DNA of 64,000 bases from positions 1,664,001 through 1,728,000 of the forward strand of contig OZ253496.1 in NCBI GenBank assembly GCA_965262115.1, in the 5' to 3' direction. The translations under genes were made by a program, and so were the position numbers. Below are positions 9,033-19,032 of the stretch, piece after piece. Each line of letters begins with the position of its first letter. Within the stretch, counting starts at the first letter, position 1. The stretch comes from Nitrospinales bacterium. Its GTDB lineage: Bacteria > Nitrospinota > Nitrospinia > Nitrospinales > VA-1. A model generated the notes under the pieces. That model searched no databases, was not told where the DNA came from, and saw only the letters and a list, made by a program, of their open reading frames with translations.

Positions 9033-10022
9033 ATGAAATTAATTGAAGTGATCACAGATGCGAAGAACCATGAACCGGTCACCAGTATCGCCAGGCAACA
9101 TGATTCGGAAGTCAACTGGGTGGGTGCAGCGGATGGAGAGGGCAGGCAGTTGATCCGCCTTCTTGTCAGCGATGAGGACCGGCAATCGGTGCTGGATGCC
9201 TTGCAGGGATTGTTGGGCGAGTCTTCGAAGATTCTTGTTCTGTCGCTGGAAGCTGTGCTCCCGAGAAAAGAACCTGAGCCTTCTGATCCGGAAGCGAAGG
9301 AAACGATCACCACCACCCGCGAAGAACTGTATAACAATATCGTCAAAAACGCGCATCTCGACGCCACTTATCTTTTGCTGGTATTTCTCTCAACGGTGGT
9401 TGTGGCTATCGGTTTGTTGGAAGACAATGTTGCGGTGGTGATCGGGGCCATGGTCATCGCCCCGCTTCTGGGGCCGAATATGGCTCTCGCTCTGGGTGCG
9501 GCTTTGGGCGATATGGCCCTGATGTGGAAAGCGACAAAAACCACAATAGTGGGAATCGTATTGGCGTTATCGCTTTCAATTGTCCTCGGATTTCTTTATC
9601 CACTCAATTTGGACAGCCATGAATTGATGGCTCGCACCGATGTGGGATTGGACTCGGTGGTCCTGGCTTTAGCTTCTGGAGCCGCCGCCGTGGTTTCTTT
9701 AACAACGGGTTTGGCGAGTGTGCTGGTAGGGGTGATGGTGGCGGTGGCTTTATTACCTCCTACTGCTACATTAGGACTGATGATCGGTGCCGGCCAGCCT
9801 AAGCTGGCTGTGGGTGCGGCCTTGCTTTTGGCGGTCAATATCGTCAGTGTGAATCTGGCCGCAAAGGTTGTATTCTGGGTTCGCGGGGTGAAACCGCGTA
9901 GCTGGTTGGAAAAACAAAAGGCCAATCAGTCTATGGTGACCTATATGGTTATGTGGGCCATCTCTCTGACGGTCCTTTTGGTGGTGATCTTCATTCGCAA
10001 GGGACTTCTAAAAGGTTTTTGA
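9033..10022 (+). CDS. TIGR00341 / DUF389 family membrane protein
   Basis: VIGAMVIAPLLGP, ELMART and GVMVAVALLPP motifs; multiple transmembrane helices. Confidence 0.88.
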   Translation: MKLIEVITDAKNHEPVTSIARQHDSEVNWVGAADGEGRQLIRLLVSDEDRQSVLDALQGLLGESSKILVLSLEAVLPRKEPEPSDPEAKETITTTREELYNNIVKNAHLDATYLLLVFLSTVVVAIGLLEDNVAVVIGAMVIAPLLGPNMALALGAALGDMALMWKATKTTIVGIVLALSLSIVLGFLYPLNLDSHELMARTDVGLDSVVLALASGAAAVVSLTTGLASVLVGVMVAVALLPPTATLGLMIGAGQPKLAVGAALLLAVNIVSVNLAAKVVFWVRGVKPRSWLEKQKANQSMVTYMVMWAISLTVLLVVIFIRKGLLKGF

Positions 10023-10298
10023 GGCTATCATTAGAATTCCGGAGATACCATATAAAATGGAGTTGGATGAAATGTTTTAAACTGCGCAAACTCTTCAGTA
10101 AGTATAGAAACTTAAATTTTATTTCTGGCTGATTCTGAGGATGCACTATGACTCGTGAAATTCGATTTGGAGACTTTGTCAGAGAGGTCAGTCTTAAGCA
10201 AAATTCCCTTTCCTATAATTTGTCAACTCCTCCCGTTTCTCTTGGGCGCGGTGCGTGATATGATACGTGCCTGAATAACTCTTCAAATAGAATAGTCC

Positions 10299-11384
10299 AT
10301 GTCAGAATCTTCTGAATACAATAAGAGCGGTGTTTCCAGTCAGGGTGCGGAGACCGCGCTTTCTGGTTTGCTCAAACATGTTTTGCCAACGCGGAAATTC
10401 AGCGAACGCTATCCGCTGGCTGCCGATATCGGTTATTTCGCCAACGTCATCGACCTGGGTAACGGAGAAGGCATTGCCTTTGGCACCGACGGGGTAGGAA
10501 CTAAAGTGATCGTCGCCGAACTGCTCGGCCGCTACGACACCATCGGCATCGACTGCGTCGCCATGAATGTCAACGATATCATTTGCGTTGGCGCACGACC
10601 GGTGAGTATGGTGGATTATATTGCCTGCTCTCACACCGATCCTGAAGTTTTTGATCAGTTAGGTCAGGGGTTGGCTGAAGGAGCGCAGCAAGCGGGCATC
10701 AGCATTTCCGGCGGCGAGATTTCTCAGATCAAGGAAATTATCTCCGGCATCGATCTCATTGGCGCCTGCATCGGCCATGTTTCTTTGGACAAGGTCAATA
10801 CCGGCCGCGGCATCAAACCGGGAAACCTGATCGTTGGCCTGGCATCCGCAGGTGTGCACTCGAACGGATTGACGTTAGCCCGCAAGGTGTTGTTGGGCGA
10901 CAGCCTCGAAGAGCAGAAATCGCGGGTCAATGATTATGAAGAATTTTTAGGCCAGACCCTGGGCGAAGCCCTGCTCGAACCCACGCGCATCTATGTCCAA
11001 CCTGTTATGGAAATGCTCGATGCAGAGATAGACCTTAAGGCAATGGTCCATATCACCAGTGGCGGATTCTGCAATCTCAATCGAGTGGCCTCTGACAACA
11101 TTCGTTTTGTGATTGATACTTTGCAACCAGTTCCTGAAATTTTTAATCTCATTCAGGATCGTGGCGGGGTGAGTGAAGCGGAAATGTTTGCAGTGTTCAA
11201 TATGGGTACGGGCTTCTGTCTCATCGTGGAGGGAACGAAGGAAGTCGAAGCCATCACAGAAATCTGCAAAGATCACGACCTTCCCTGTCAGGTGATAGGG
11301 CAGGTTGAAGGCCATCAAGGCAAAGAAGTTACTCTCCCACAAAAACAACTTACCGGCCAAGGCAGTAAATTCACAAGTGTGTGA
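10299..11384 (+). CDS. purM: Phosphoribosylformylglycinamidine cyclo-ligase (AIR synthase)
   Basis: TDGVGTK, DCVAMNVND, GGE, SAGVHSNG, HITSGG and FNMG motifs. Confidence 0.93.
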   Translation: MSESSEYNKSGVSSQGAETALSGLLKHVLPTRKFSERYPLAADIGYFANVIDLGNGEGIAFGTDGVGTKVIVAELLGRYDTIGIDCVAMNVNDIICVGARPVSMVDYIACSHTDPEVFDQLGQGLAEGAQQAGISISGGEISQIKEIISGIDLIGACIGHVSLDKVNTGRGIKPGNLIVGLASAGVHSNGLTLARKVLLGDSLEEQKSRVNDYEEFLGQTLGEALLEPTRIYVQPVMEMLDAEIDLKAMVHITSGGFCNLNRVASDNIRFVIDTLQPVPEIFNLIQDRGGVSEAEMFAVFNMGTGFCLIVEGTKEVEAITEICKDHDLPCQVIGQVEGHQGKEVTLPQKQLTGQGSKFTSV

Positions 11385-11677
11385 CGAGGAAATTCTCACA
11401 GCAATGGAGACCAGTTGAAAACATCTGTAATACTTACTTTTTTATCTTATTAGGCCCATTGGCTCTGGCAACTTAGCGGGTTCATACCTTGTTTCGAGTT
11501 ATATGGTTAGGGGGATGTGAAGTTTTTTTAGTTGTTTTGTCGTCAAATATAGGAGAAGCTTTAGCTTACAAGCAAATTTTCCGATAAAATAATTAGGATA
11601 ATTTCTTCTAAATATGATATTGTACTACCTTACCCAGAAATATTAATATACATAGAGAGTAGTTTTCCCTTCTTTTG

Positions 11678-11755
11678 TAAGACTAAATGCGCAGAAAATA
11701 CAAATACTCCCCCATATAAGACTAAATGCGCAGAAAATACAAATACTCCCCCATA
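11678..11755. repeat. Exact 39-bp tandem duplication spanning the TIGR04255 start codon
   Basis: TAAGACTAAATGCGCAGAAAATACAAATACTCCCCCATA at 11678-11716 and 11717-11755. Confidence 0.95.
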
Positions 11756-12457
11756 AATGAAGCTGTATGTGAATTTAGGCTGTCTCCAGAAATCCCTTGG
11801 GATATGACCTTCCCAGGTTTGCTTTTTGGGGCTGCGAAATCAAAATTTCCTGAAAAAGAGCAGATTCCAGATTTGCCTTCAAGCCCCATAGTTTTAAGTC
11901 ATGGTCAGCCTCAAAAATTAAAACTTCAATCTAATAAAATTTCTTTTTACACCAAAGACAGAAAAGGATTTATACAGGTGGGAAACCATACTGTATCGAT
12001 TCATCGTTTAAAACCTTATCCAAATTGGGAAGACTTCAAACCAGACATTAAATTCATATTTAATGAGGTTGTTAATTTGATTGGGGATTTTAAGCTTCAA
12101 AGAATAGGGCTGAGATATATTAATAAAATTGAGATTCCCGAAGCCACCATTAACTTAAGTGATTATTTCCAATTCTTACCCTCTTTTGGGAATGACTTAA
12201 AACCTAAAATAAAAACCTTTGTCATTGGGTGCGAGGATTTATGTAATGAGGATAAAGATGTTTGTAGATTTCAAATGAATCCAAATATACAAGAAAGGCC
12301 TGGACATTCCAATTTTACATTAGACATTGATTATTTTACAATGGATGGAAAAGAACTGACTGATGTGCAACCGCTAGAATGGATTGAATTAGCACATCAA
12401 AAAATTGGAGAGGTGTTTGAAGGATGTATTACTGACAAAATGAGAGAGATTTTTTAG
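11726..12457 (+). CDS. TIGR04255 family protein
   Basis: PI.EAVCEFR, YPNWEDF, RIGLRYINKI, LDID and AH..I..VFE..IT signature; low GC. Confidence 0.8.
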   Translation: MRRKYKYSPINEAVCEFRLSPEIPWDMTFPGLLFGAAKSKFPEKEQIPDLPSSPIVLSHGQPQKLKLQSNKISFYTKDRKGFIQVGNHTVSIHRLKPYPNWEDFKPDIKFIFNEVVNLIGDFKLQRIGLRYINKIEIPEATINLSDYFQFLPSFGNDLKPKIKTFVIGCEDLCNEDKDVCRFQMNPNIQERPGHSNFTLDIDYFTMDGKELTDVQPLEWIELAHQKIGEVFEGCITDKMREIF

Positions 12458-12469
12458 GAGATCAAATAA

Positions 12470-13069
12470 ATGCCCGAACCAAGATTTATAATCTCGGATG
12501 GAGCTTTGATTCAGCCACCTGTTGAAATGGTCGCTTCAACTTCAATTGTGCAAGATATTGATCCAGATTATTATTTTCTGAAGGAAAATGAAAATAGTAT
12601 AGATAACCTAAAAAATGATTTTGGTTTAGATGATTTTATAGCTGAATTTAACCAGTATTTTAATGAGGTTTGCACACAAACACCTAATGCCGAAGTTCTA
12701 GAATGGTCTGAAACCGATCTAACTTCAAGAATTGGAACCCTTTTAGATTGCCTTAGCCAAAACACTATTTTAATTCCTCAACGGTCAAAGGTTCGAGATT
12801 ACCTCATATCTCACCTTGATTTAGCTGGTAAAATCCCTGCAATTTGCCTATTAGCAAAAAAGAGGTTTAAGACTGAGGCTCAATTATCTTTAGAAATGTA
12901 CGTTGATCCAGAAATAGATGATGGTCATCTTAAGCTATATATTCGACCAGATGAGTTCACTAAAGAGATTTTTAAAAAGATTGAAGAAGTTTCCAAAGTA
13001 TCATCGAGCTGGATAATGGGTATTTCTGGCTGGATTCACGTTTCAACTGACAAAGTTTGCCCCTCATAA
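12470..13069 (+). CDS. Hypothetical protein (possible antitoxin / degenerate nucleotidyltransferase-like C-terminus)
   Basis: Co-oriented between TIGR04255 and HEPN genes with AGGAG Shine-Dalgarno; acidic N-terminal half; LSLEMYVDPE...LYIR C-terminal module. Confidence 0.6.
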   Translation: MPEPRFIISDGALIQPPVEMVASTSIVQDIDPDYYFLKENENSIDNLKNDFGLDDFIAEFNQYFNEVCTQTPNAEVLEWSETDLTSRIGTLLDCLSQNTILIPQRSKVRDYLISHLDLAGKIPAICLLAKKRFKTEAQLSLEMYVDPEIDDGHLKLYIRPDEFTKEIFKKIEEVSKVSSSWIMGISGWIHVSTDKVCPS

Positions 13070-13073
13070 GCTT

Positions 13074-13445
13074 ATGGCTTTTCAGTGGATAGATTTTATT
13101 CATTTAGCCGATTCCCTTGCGAACGATAATAGTTCACCCACTTTAGACGCAGGAAGGCGAACGGCGATAAGCCGTTCCTACTTTGGAGCGTATTGCAAGG
13201 CTAGAGATTTTGCAGTTAAAGATTCCAGAGGGGCTTTTAAGCCAGAAAAAAAAGCTGATGATCACAGAAATGTAAGGCTATATTTTCTGAATCACAAGGA
13301 TGAAAATTTAAAATGTGTTGCAAATACACTACAGTCCCTGAGAGATTGGAGAAATAATTCTGATTATGATGAAAGTTGGGATTGTTTCCCTTTCGTTAAT
13401 AAATCAATTGAAGATGCAGGTAATATTTTTTCAATTTTAGCATAA
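13074..13445 (+). CDS. HEPN-domain protein
   Basis: RTAISRSYFGAY and L..LRDWRNNSDYD (Rx4-6[HY]-type) motifs typical of stand-alone HEPN proteins. Confidence 0.75.
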   Translation: MAFQWIDFIHLADSLANDNSSPTLDAGRRTAISRSYFGAYCKARDFAVKDSRGAFKPEKKADDHRNVRLYFLNHKDENLKCVANTLQSLRDWRNNSDYDESWDCFPFVNKSIEDAGNIFSILA

Positions 13446-13507
13446 TGCAATTAAATGAGATCTTAAACTCATAAACACCCTGCCCCTCCTCAATATCCGC
13501 ACCCCTT

Positions 13508-13880
13508 TTAATAAACTCCTAATCCTTTCAAAAACAATCGAAAGTTATCGGTAAGCGCGGCTTCGTCTATGGTGTAGACGAAAATGTGGATCAAGGCGTA
13601 GTATTGCAAGGTTGCGCAGGCTGAAAGAACATCCCACCCTAAATGTTTATCGAGCGTCCAGGGTTTTCGTGCTGTTTTATTTTTGTGCAGGAGCCAAAAC
13701 TCGCTGGCCGTGATGCCCAGCCCGAGCAAAACAAAATAAGGCCATTGTTTAACAGATTCGGTCAGGCTATGGAATGCGATGCCTTGATAAAACCCGGCCT
13801 CGGTCATATGGTCCCAGATCAGGCTGCCGAAGCAGGCGGCGGCCATGGTTGCGGCAAAAATTCTAAGGTGCGTCCGACCA
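13508..13880 (-). pseudogene. C-terminal fragment of a membrane protein (MBOAT-like tail suspected)
   Basis: LRIFAATMAAACFG followed by three hydrophobic helices; no convincing start codon. Confidence 0.4.
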
Positions 13881-13924
13881 CGGCGAAATTTTATTTGAGC
13901 TTTATGAAAATGGTTTTTACAAAA

Positions 13925-14085
13925 AAGGTACGGGTCACACTGCTCGCTATACCGATGCCTCAATACAGGTGCCTCTGATTTTAAAGTCGGCAGGATTTCA
14001 TAAATTCGAGAAAACACCCCGCTTATCGCAGATGGCTTCCAGCATCGATCTTGTTCCAACGCTTTTAGAGTTACTCGGATTCATG
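13925..14085 (+). pseudogene. Sulfatase C-terminal fragment
   Basis: KVRVTLL... and SSIDLVPTLLELLG (DxxPTLLxLxG) in broken frames. Confidence 0.4.
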
Positions 14086-14365
14086 GGAAGGGAAACTTTT
14101 TCTCCAGGAAATAAGGGTCATCCCCCGCCTGTCTGGCCTGCAGTTCTTCAGAAAAGAAAACATTCATAATATCCTGCGGTCTTTTGAATTCCGGCAGGCT
14201 GCCTTTTTTATTGGAGCCTGTTTGCTCCATGCTGAAAGAGGCCCTAATGATTTGCAGTTCGATGAGTAATTTAGAGAAGTTTCCCCCGGCGATGGCATCG
14301 GCCTCTTGTTTTTGCGCGGGAGTCAGATTATTCAGAAGAGAGTTTATCGGGTTCACAGGTTCCAT
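14081..14365 (-). CDS. Hypothetical protein
   Basis: ATG start preceded by CAGG; 94-aa ORF with no recognised motif. Confidence 0.5.
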   Translation of the reverse strand: MEPVNPINSLLNNLTPAQKQEADAIAGGNFSKLLIELQIIRASFSMEQTGSNKKGSLPEFKRPQDIMNVFFSEELQARQAGDDPYFLEKKFPFP

Positions 14366-14479
14366 ACCTGTATTGGCGGCCCAAACTGGGATATCTTGAC
14401 CCTAAAATAAATAAAAAAGCAGTCAGAAGCGAAAGCTATTGATTTCAGGCCTACTATTTCGAGGGCGGGTTTTTATAAT

Positions 14480-15298
14480 TTATAGATCATTGGAAAGCAA
14501 TTCAGGAGAACCACTTTCCGGGGCAGTCCTATATTCACTGCCCGGTAGTAGGGGTCGCGACTCCATCTTCTCATGGGCGTGAGAATGACTGTCTTCTGGG
14601 AATCCAAACTCATCCGGATCAACGCTGTGTGAATATCCGTGCATCTGCATTAAGAATAAAAAAACTCCTGCAACAATTAGCCCATTATTAGAGACGGTAC
14701 TTATTTGTAGAAAGGATTGGGTATGTCGCCATCTATATAGCAAGGCAACCATTAGACATAAGGCCGCAATTTGTCCTAATTCAATCCCCAGATTAAAGGA
14801 CAGGATTCGTAATACAATCCCTTCCTCTCCCAAAGGTAATTGTTGCAGTCTTGTGGACAACCCCAATCCGTGGATCAGGCCAAAAATAAATATGGCCCAA
14901 ATTAAATTCGGAGATTTTTCAAAAATTTTACGGAACCCGCCGATATTTTCATAACCGATGTAACAAACACTCAGGGCAATCACGGCATCGATTAAAAAGT
15001 AGTTAGCAGTAACCCCCATTAAGGTTGCCGTGATAAGGGTTATGCTGTGTCCTATTGTGAAGGCAGTTATATATTTGACCACATCCATGAAGGTGGTGAG
15101 AAAAAAGACAATTCCAAAGACAAATAAAAGATGGTCGTAGCCTGTCAACGTATGGCTCGCACCAATCTTCAAAAATTCAAGATTCCCTCCCTCGAGAATA
15201 GTTTGCTTTTCCGCTTCAGACATTCCATGGGCATAGGCAGAGGACACAAACGATGCCAAAAATAATATTTGTACTAAAAGAACTTTTTTCATAAACAT
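14480..15298 (-). CDS. HupE/UreJ family metal (Ni/Co) transporter-like protein
   Basis: Signal peptide AYAH, GYDHLLF, FTIGHSITL, FGLIHGLG, FNLGIELGQ and a His-rich tail. Confidence 0.88.
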   Translation of the reverse strand: MFMKKVLLVQILFLASFVSSAYAHGMSEAEKQTILEGGNLEFLKIGASHTLTGYDHLLFVFGIVFFLTTFMDVVKYITAFTIGHSITLITATLMGVTANYFLIDAVIALSVCYIGYENIGGFRKIFEKSPNLIWAIFIFGLIHGLGLSTRLQQLPLGEEGIVLRILSFNLGIELGQIAALCLMVALLYRWRHTQSFLQISTVSNNGLIVAGVFLFLMQMHGYSHSVDPDEFGFPEDSHSHAHEKMESRPLLPGSEYRTAPESGSPELLSNDL

Positions 15299-15388
15299 TT
15301 TTTCAAGAAATGTGTATTTGAAAAGCTGATCGCGATTTGTTGAGGATCAGAGAAATGCTCTAATTTAAAGGGGGCTAGTCACAACAGG

Positions 15389-16321
15389 TCAATCCTGTGA
15401 AACGCTAACGCAATTTCTCCCTTTACTCTTGGCATTGTAAAGTGCTTTATCAGCACTCCCGATCAGTTCTTTATAAGACGAATTTGAGTTTGGGACAATA
15501 CTGGCGGCCCCGAAGCTTGCCGTTGTGAAGGGTTTGATATTACTTGATTTGTGCTCTATTTTTAATTTCTCGATGGCAGCTCGAATTTTTTCGGACAATT
15601 TGAAAACATCCTCCGGTTCAACATTTGGCAAAATGACCGCAAATTACTCCCCGCCATAACGTGCCACCATGTCCGCAGGTCGCCGCAATGTATCAGCTAT
15701 GGCAGTCGCAACCTTTACCAGACACTCATCACCAGCCTGATGCCCGTATGTATCGTTGTATTTTTTAAAATAATCAATGTCCAGCATGACTAATGATAGA
15801 GGTGGTTTTTCCCGCATTGTCCTTTTCCATTCTACTGTTAGAAATTCATCAAAGTACCGACGATTGTATATTCCTGTCAATCCATAGTTAATCGCAAGAT
15901 CACTAAGGTATTCCTCAACATCTTCGTAGTAGGTAAAAAAATTTATGGCAGATAATAATCCTACAAATTCTCCCTTTTCTGTGACTGCAAGATGGCCAAC
16001 TCCTGACAGGCGCATCATTTTATTGGCCTCGGCCATAATAGTCGAGCCTTCGATCGTTTTGACGGGAGCCGACATGATGCAATCAACGGTGGTAGAATCT
16101 ACCGAATATTTTTTTGCAGCAACTTTACGAGTGAAGTCAGCATTTGTCACCACTCCGATGTAGTCATGAGTCTTGTTTTTCACCAGAACCACAGATGTTT
16201 TATGCGAACTCATAAACTCTGCGACTTCTTGGAGAGATGAGTTATCACTCACAAATGGGATAGGTGACGTCATGTAGTCTCTGACGTTTCTGCCCGATAT
16301 AATTTTCTTCTTATCATTCAT
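15389..16321 (-). pseudogene. CBS-pair + GGDEF diguanylate cyclase with nonsense codon in the active-site motif
   Basis: Two CBS domains, [25 protein letters not shown] (TAA at 15644-15646); the same frame continues to ADKALYNAK.KGRN. Confidence 0.88.
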
Positions 16322-16599
16322 TTTGCGGCGCCAAAATTTTGGATGTCGGCCAGCCGGATTCCAAAGCCAGAACTTTCTATTTAAGATAAAACTCTGTTAG
16401 CAAGTTCTCCTGCTTTATAAGGGCAAGATTTTCTGACTGGGATAGGCCGAAATTCTAACACCCATTTATATTTCTACAAATAAAACATCTTTCCTATACA
16501 GATATTCTAGTAAGAGCCTCTTATTAAACAGAGCTCCCCCATCTTTAAATTACAATCTTGAAAAGAGCTGTGAATTGTCCGAGAATGCGGGATTAATGT

Positions 16600-18243
16600 T
16601 TGCTCGCGTTAAACTTTTCTAGTTCCTTGAATAATGCCAAACCTAATCGGGCTTTGAAAAAAATGGGCTTATTGACTGCCAGACCTTCTTCCGCCAAATT
16701 CGTTGTGGAAGATCCCTATTTTCTCGATGTCGATGAACACCCGGATTGGCAAGGCCAATTCGGAAACAGCCAGCCGATAAAGCTGGAAATTGGCTTTGGA
16801 ATGGGAGATTTCCTGATTGAAATGGCGGCCCGGGAACCCCATAGCAATTTTGTCGGGATAGATTTTTCCCAAGATGGTATCCGCAAATTATTGTCCAGGG
16901 TAAAAGACCTTCAAATAAAGAATATTCGTGTTGTCTATGGCGATGTCCGGGAAAAAGTCCCTCTCCTTTTCCATGATGGCGAATTGAATATGGTCTATAT
17001 CAATTTCCCCGACCCCTGGCCGAGAAAAAGGCATTTTAAACGACGGCTGATCAAACCAGCATTGGTCACGCTGATCGCCAGGAAGCTGACTCTGGAAGGT
17101 CACGTTTATCTGGCCACCGACAGCGAGCCCTATGCCCATGAAATTCTTGAATATTTCAATGCTGAGCCTTTGTTGCAAAACAAAAGTCAGGAGTCTGGTT
17201 TTCTCTTTCGCCGCGACCATCTGCCCAAAACGAAATACGAAAAAAGTTTTATTTACGCTGGGGATAGAATCCATTACCTGGAATATTCCCGACTAGCGGC
17301 AAAGGGACAACCCGGGAAAAAAGTTTCTTCTGCACGAGAAGAAACCAATGAGCTTGCAGAGGAAAAAATCTTGAGCAATGACGAAATGCTGATTAAAAAA
17401 TTTGAGCGTGCTGAAGCGAAAGCTAAAGATGCCTGTGACCTTCAACAGCTTGGCGGTCATTTAGCCTCTGCAGGAGACAGGCAGTGGGCCGAAAAAGTTT
17501 ATCAAAAAGCCGAAGCCATGGCCGAAGACAGTCTGGACTTGAATTGGCTGGCCTACAGTGTTTCTGAAACACTGGGTGATAAAGACTGGGCGAAAAAATT
17601 ATACGATAAAGCCGAAGCCATGGCCGAAAGCAGTCTGGATTTGAACTGGCTGGCCTACAGTGTTTCTGAAACACTGGGCGATAAAAACCGGGCGATAAAA
17701 CTCTATGAGAAAGCTGAGAACAACCCCCAAAATATTCGTGAACTCTGTGATCTCGCTGACAGCATTTCTGAAACATTCGGCGATCAGGAATGGCAAATAA
17801 AAGTTTATAAGAAAGCCGAGGCTATGGCGAAAGAGCATTCCGACTTCTATGAACTTGCCGACAGCGTCTGTGCAAAGCTTAGCGACAAAAAATGGGCCAG
17901 AGAGCTCTATGAGAAAGCCGAGGACACGGCCCAAGACAGCAGCGACCTCCATAGTCTGGTCGAGAGCCTTGCAGAAAAGCTGGGCGATCAGGAATGGGCT
18001 AAAAAAGGTTATTTAAAGGCCGAAAGCATGGCCCAGGACAGCACTGATTTCTGCTGTCTGGCCGAGAGCCTGTTGCAAAATTTGAGTGATGAGGAATGGG
18101 CCAGGAAGTTATATAAAAAAGCCGAAGACCAAGCTGAAGAAAGTTTTGAATACCGCTGGCTGGCCGACAGCCTGAGTGAATTACTGGGTGATAAAGAATG
18201 GGCTGAACAGGTATGTCAGAAAGCGAAAAACCTTTTTAGCTGA
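16600..18243 (+). CDS. trmB: tRNA (guanine-N7)-methyltransferase TrmB fused to about 8 helical 34-aa repeats
   Basis: LEIGFGMG, NFPDPWPRKRHFKRRL, ATD and TKYEK; C-terminal W-A-x-K-x-Y-x-K-A-E repeats. True start may be ATG 16663. Confidence 0.88.
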   Translation: MLALNFSSSLNNAKPNRALKKMGLLTARPSSAKFVVEDPYFLDVDEHPDWQGQFGNSQPIKLEIGFGMGDFLIEMAAREPHSNFVGIDFSQDGIRKLLSRVKDLQIKNIRVVYGDVREKVPLLFHDGELNMVYINFPDPWPRKRHFKRRLIKPALVTLIARKLTLEGHVYLATDSEPYAHEILEYFNAEPLLQNKSQESGFLFRRDHLPKTKYEKSFIYAGDRIHYLEYSRLAAKGQPGKKVSSAREETNELAEEKILSNDEMLIKKFERAEAKAKDACDLQQLGGHLASAGDRQWAEKVYQKAEAMAEDSLDLNWLAYSVSETLGDKDWAKKLYDKAEAMAESSLDLNWLAYSVSETLGDKNRAIKLYEKAENNPQNIRELCDLADSISETFGDQEWQIKVYKKAEAMAKEHSDFYELADSVCAKLSDKKWARELYEKAEDTAQDSSDLHSLVESLAEKLGDQEWAKKGYLKAESMAQDSTDFCCLAESLLQNLSDEEWARKLYKKAEDQAEESFEYRWLADSLSELLGDKEWAEQVCQKAKNLFS

Positions 18244-18276
18244 GATACCGCAGTTGCAGTTAAGGGTGGGGTCCGC

Positions 18277-18801
18277 TCACTCGTGACATTCTTCAATGCA
18301 GGCCTCTAAACCTTTGCCAATGACTTCTATGATTTTATTTTTTAGGATTTCGCCTATCTCATTAATTCCGCCTTCATCGCAATTTTCTATTTTCCACTCA
18401 TAACCTTCAGATAGATCTTTTTCGGCGCACATTTTTTTAACTTCGGCAATAGCCTCTTCTTTTGTGTCAGATTTTAATGGGGCTTCCAGATTGGTGTTAA
18501 CTGGAATATGTCCGACATTTAAATCATAATGAGCCGTGAATCCATCCCAGAAGATATTTTCATCTGTTTCATCCTGTTCGAGTCGTTCTATGATGTTGTC
18601 TGTTAATTTATCATCAAAAGTGTTGATTCCCCCGTGCTCACATCCTTCAATTTTCCACTCATAACCTTCGAATAATTTTTTTTTGTCTATCATTCTTTCA
18701 ACTTCTTTGTTGGCCTCTTCTTTAGTGGTTCTGGATTTCAATCGTACTTCCAGATTTGTATATACATAAATATTGCGAACTTTTAATTTCAAACTACTCA
18801 T
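18277..18801 (-). CDS. Hypothetical protein with two internal repeats of about 85 aa
   Basis: TNLE..LKS..TKEEA..EV..M....L.EGYEWKIE.C..GGIN occurs twice; AGAGGA Shine-Dalgarno before ATG 18801. Confidence 0.7.
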   Translation of the reverse strand: MSSLKLKVRNIYVYTNLEVRLKSRTTKEEANKEVERMIDKKKLFEGYEWKIEGCEHGGINTFDDKLTDNIIERLEQDETDENIFWDGFTAHYDLNVGHIPVNTNLEAPLKSDTKEEAIAEVKKMCAEKDLSEGYEWKIENCDEGGINEIGEILKNKIIEVIGKGLEACIEECHE

Positions 18802-19032
18802 TTTTAATCCTCTATTAGCGGTTCCTGCCAAAAGGCTTTATATTTATTTAATTTTCGATCCTGCTTTCTAGGTTTAGAGTTGGAAAACAAGATAAGGATT
18901 TAATATTTTTGTCCATTTTTAAATTAATATTGGAATGGGAAAAATGTAAGTTTTTCGCGGTCTATCCGACTGATTTATAGATGATTAAGGGAAGAGGACA
19001 TCATTGCTGAGGAAGAATATTATAGTCACACC

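Noticed and set aside
17509..17700. DGR template/variable repeat pair
   Set aside because: The near-identical segments are adjacent in-frame protein repeats, differences are not adenine-specific, and there is no reverse transcriptase.
18980..19032. Degenerate family B copies (AGAGGACATCA, GGAAGAATAT...TCACA)
   Set aside because: The diagnostic TACCCC-hairpin end is missing; similarity is too weak to call.
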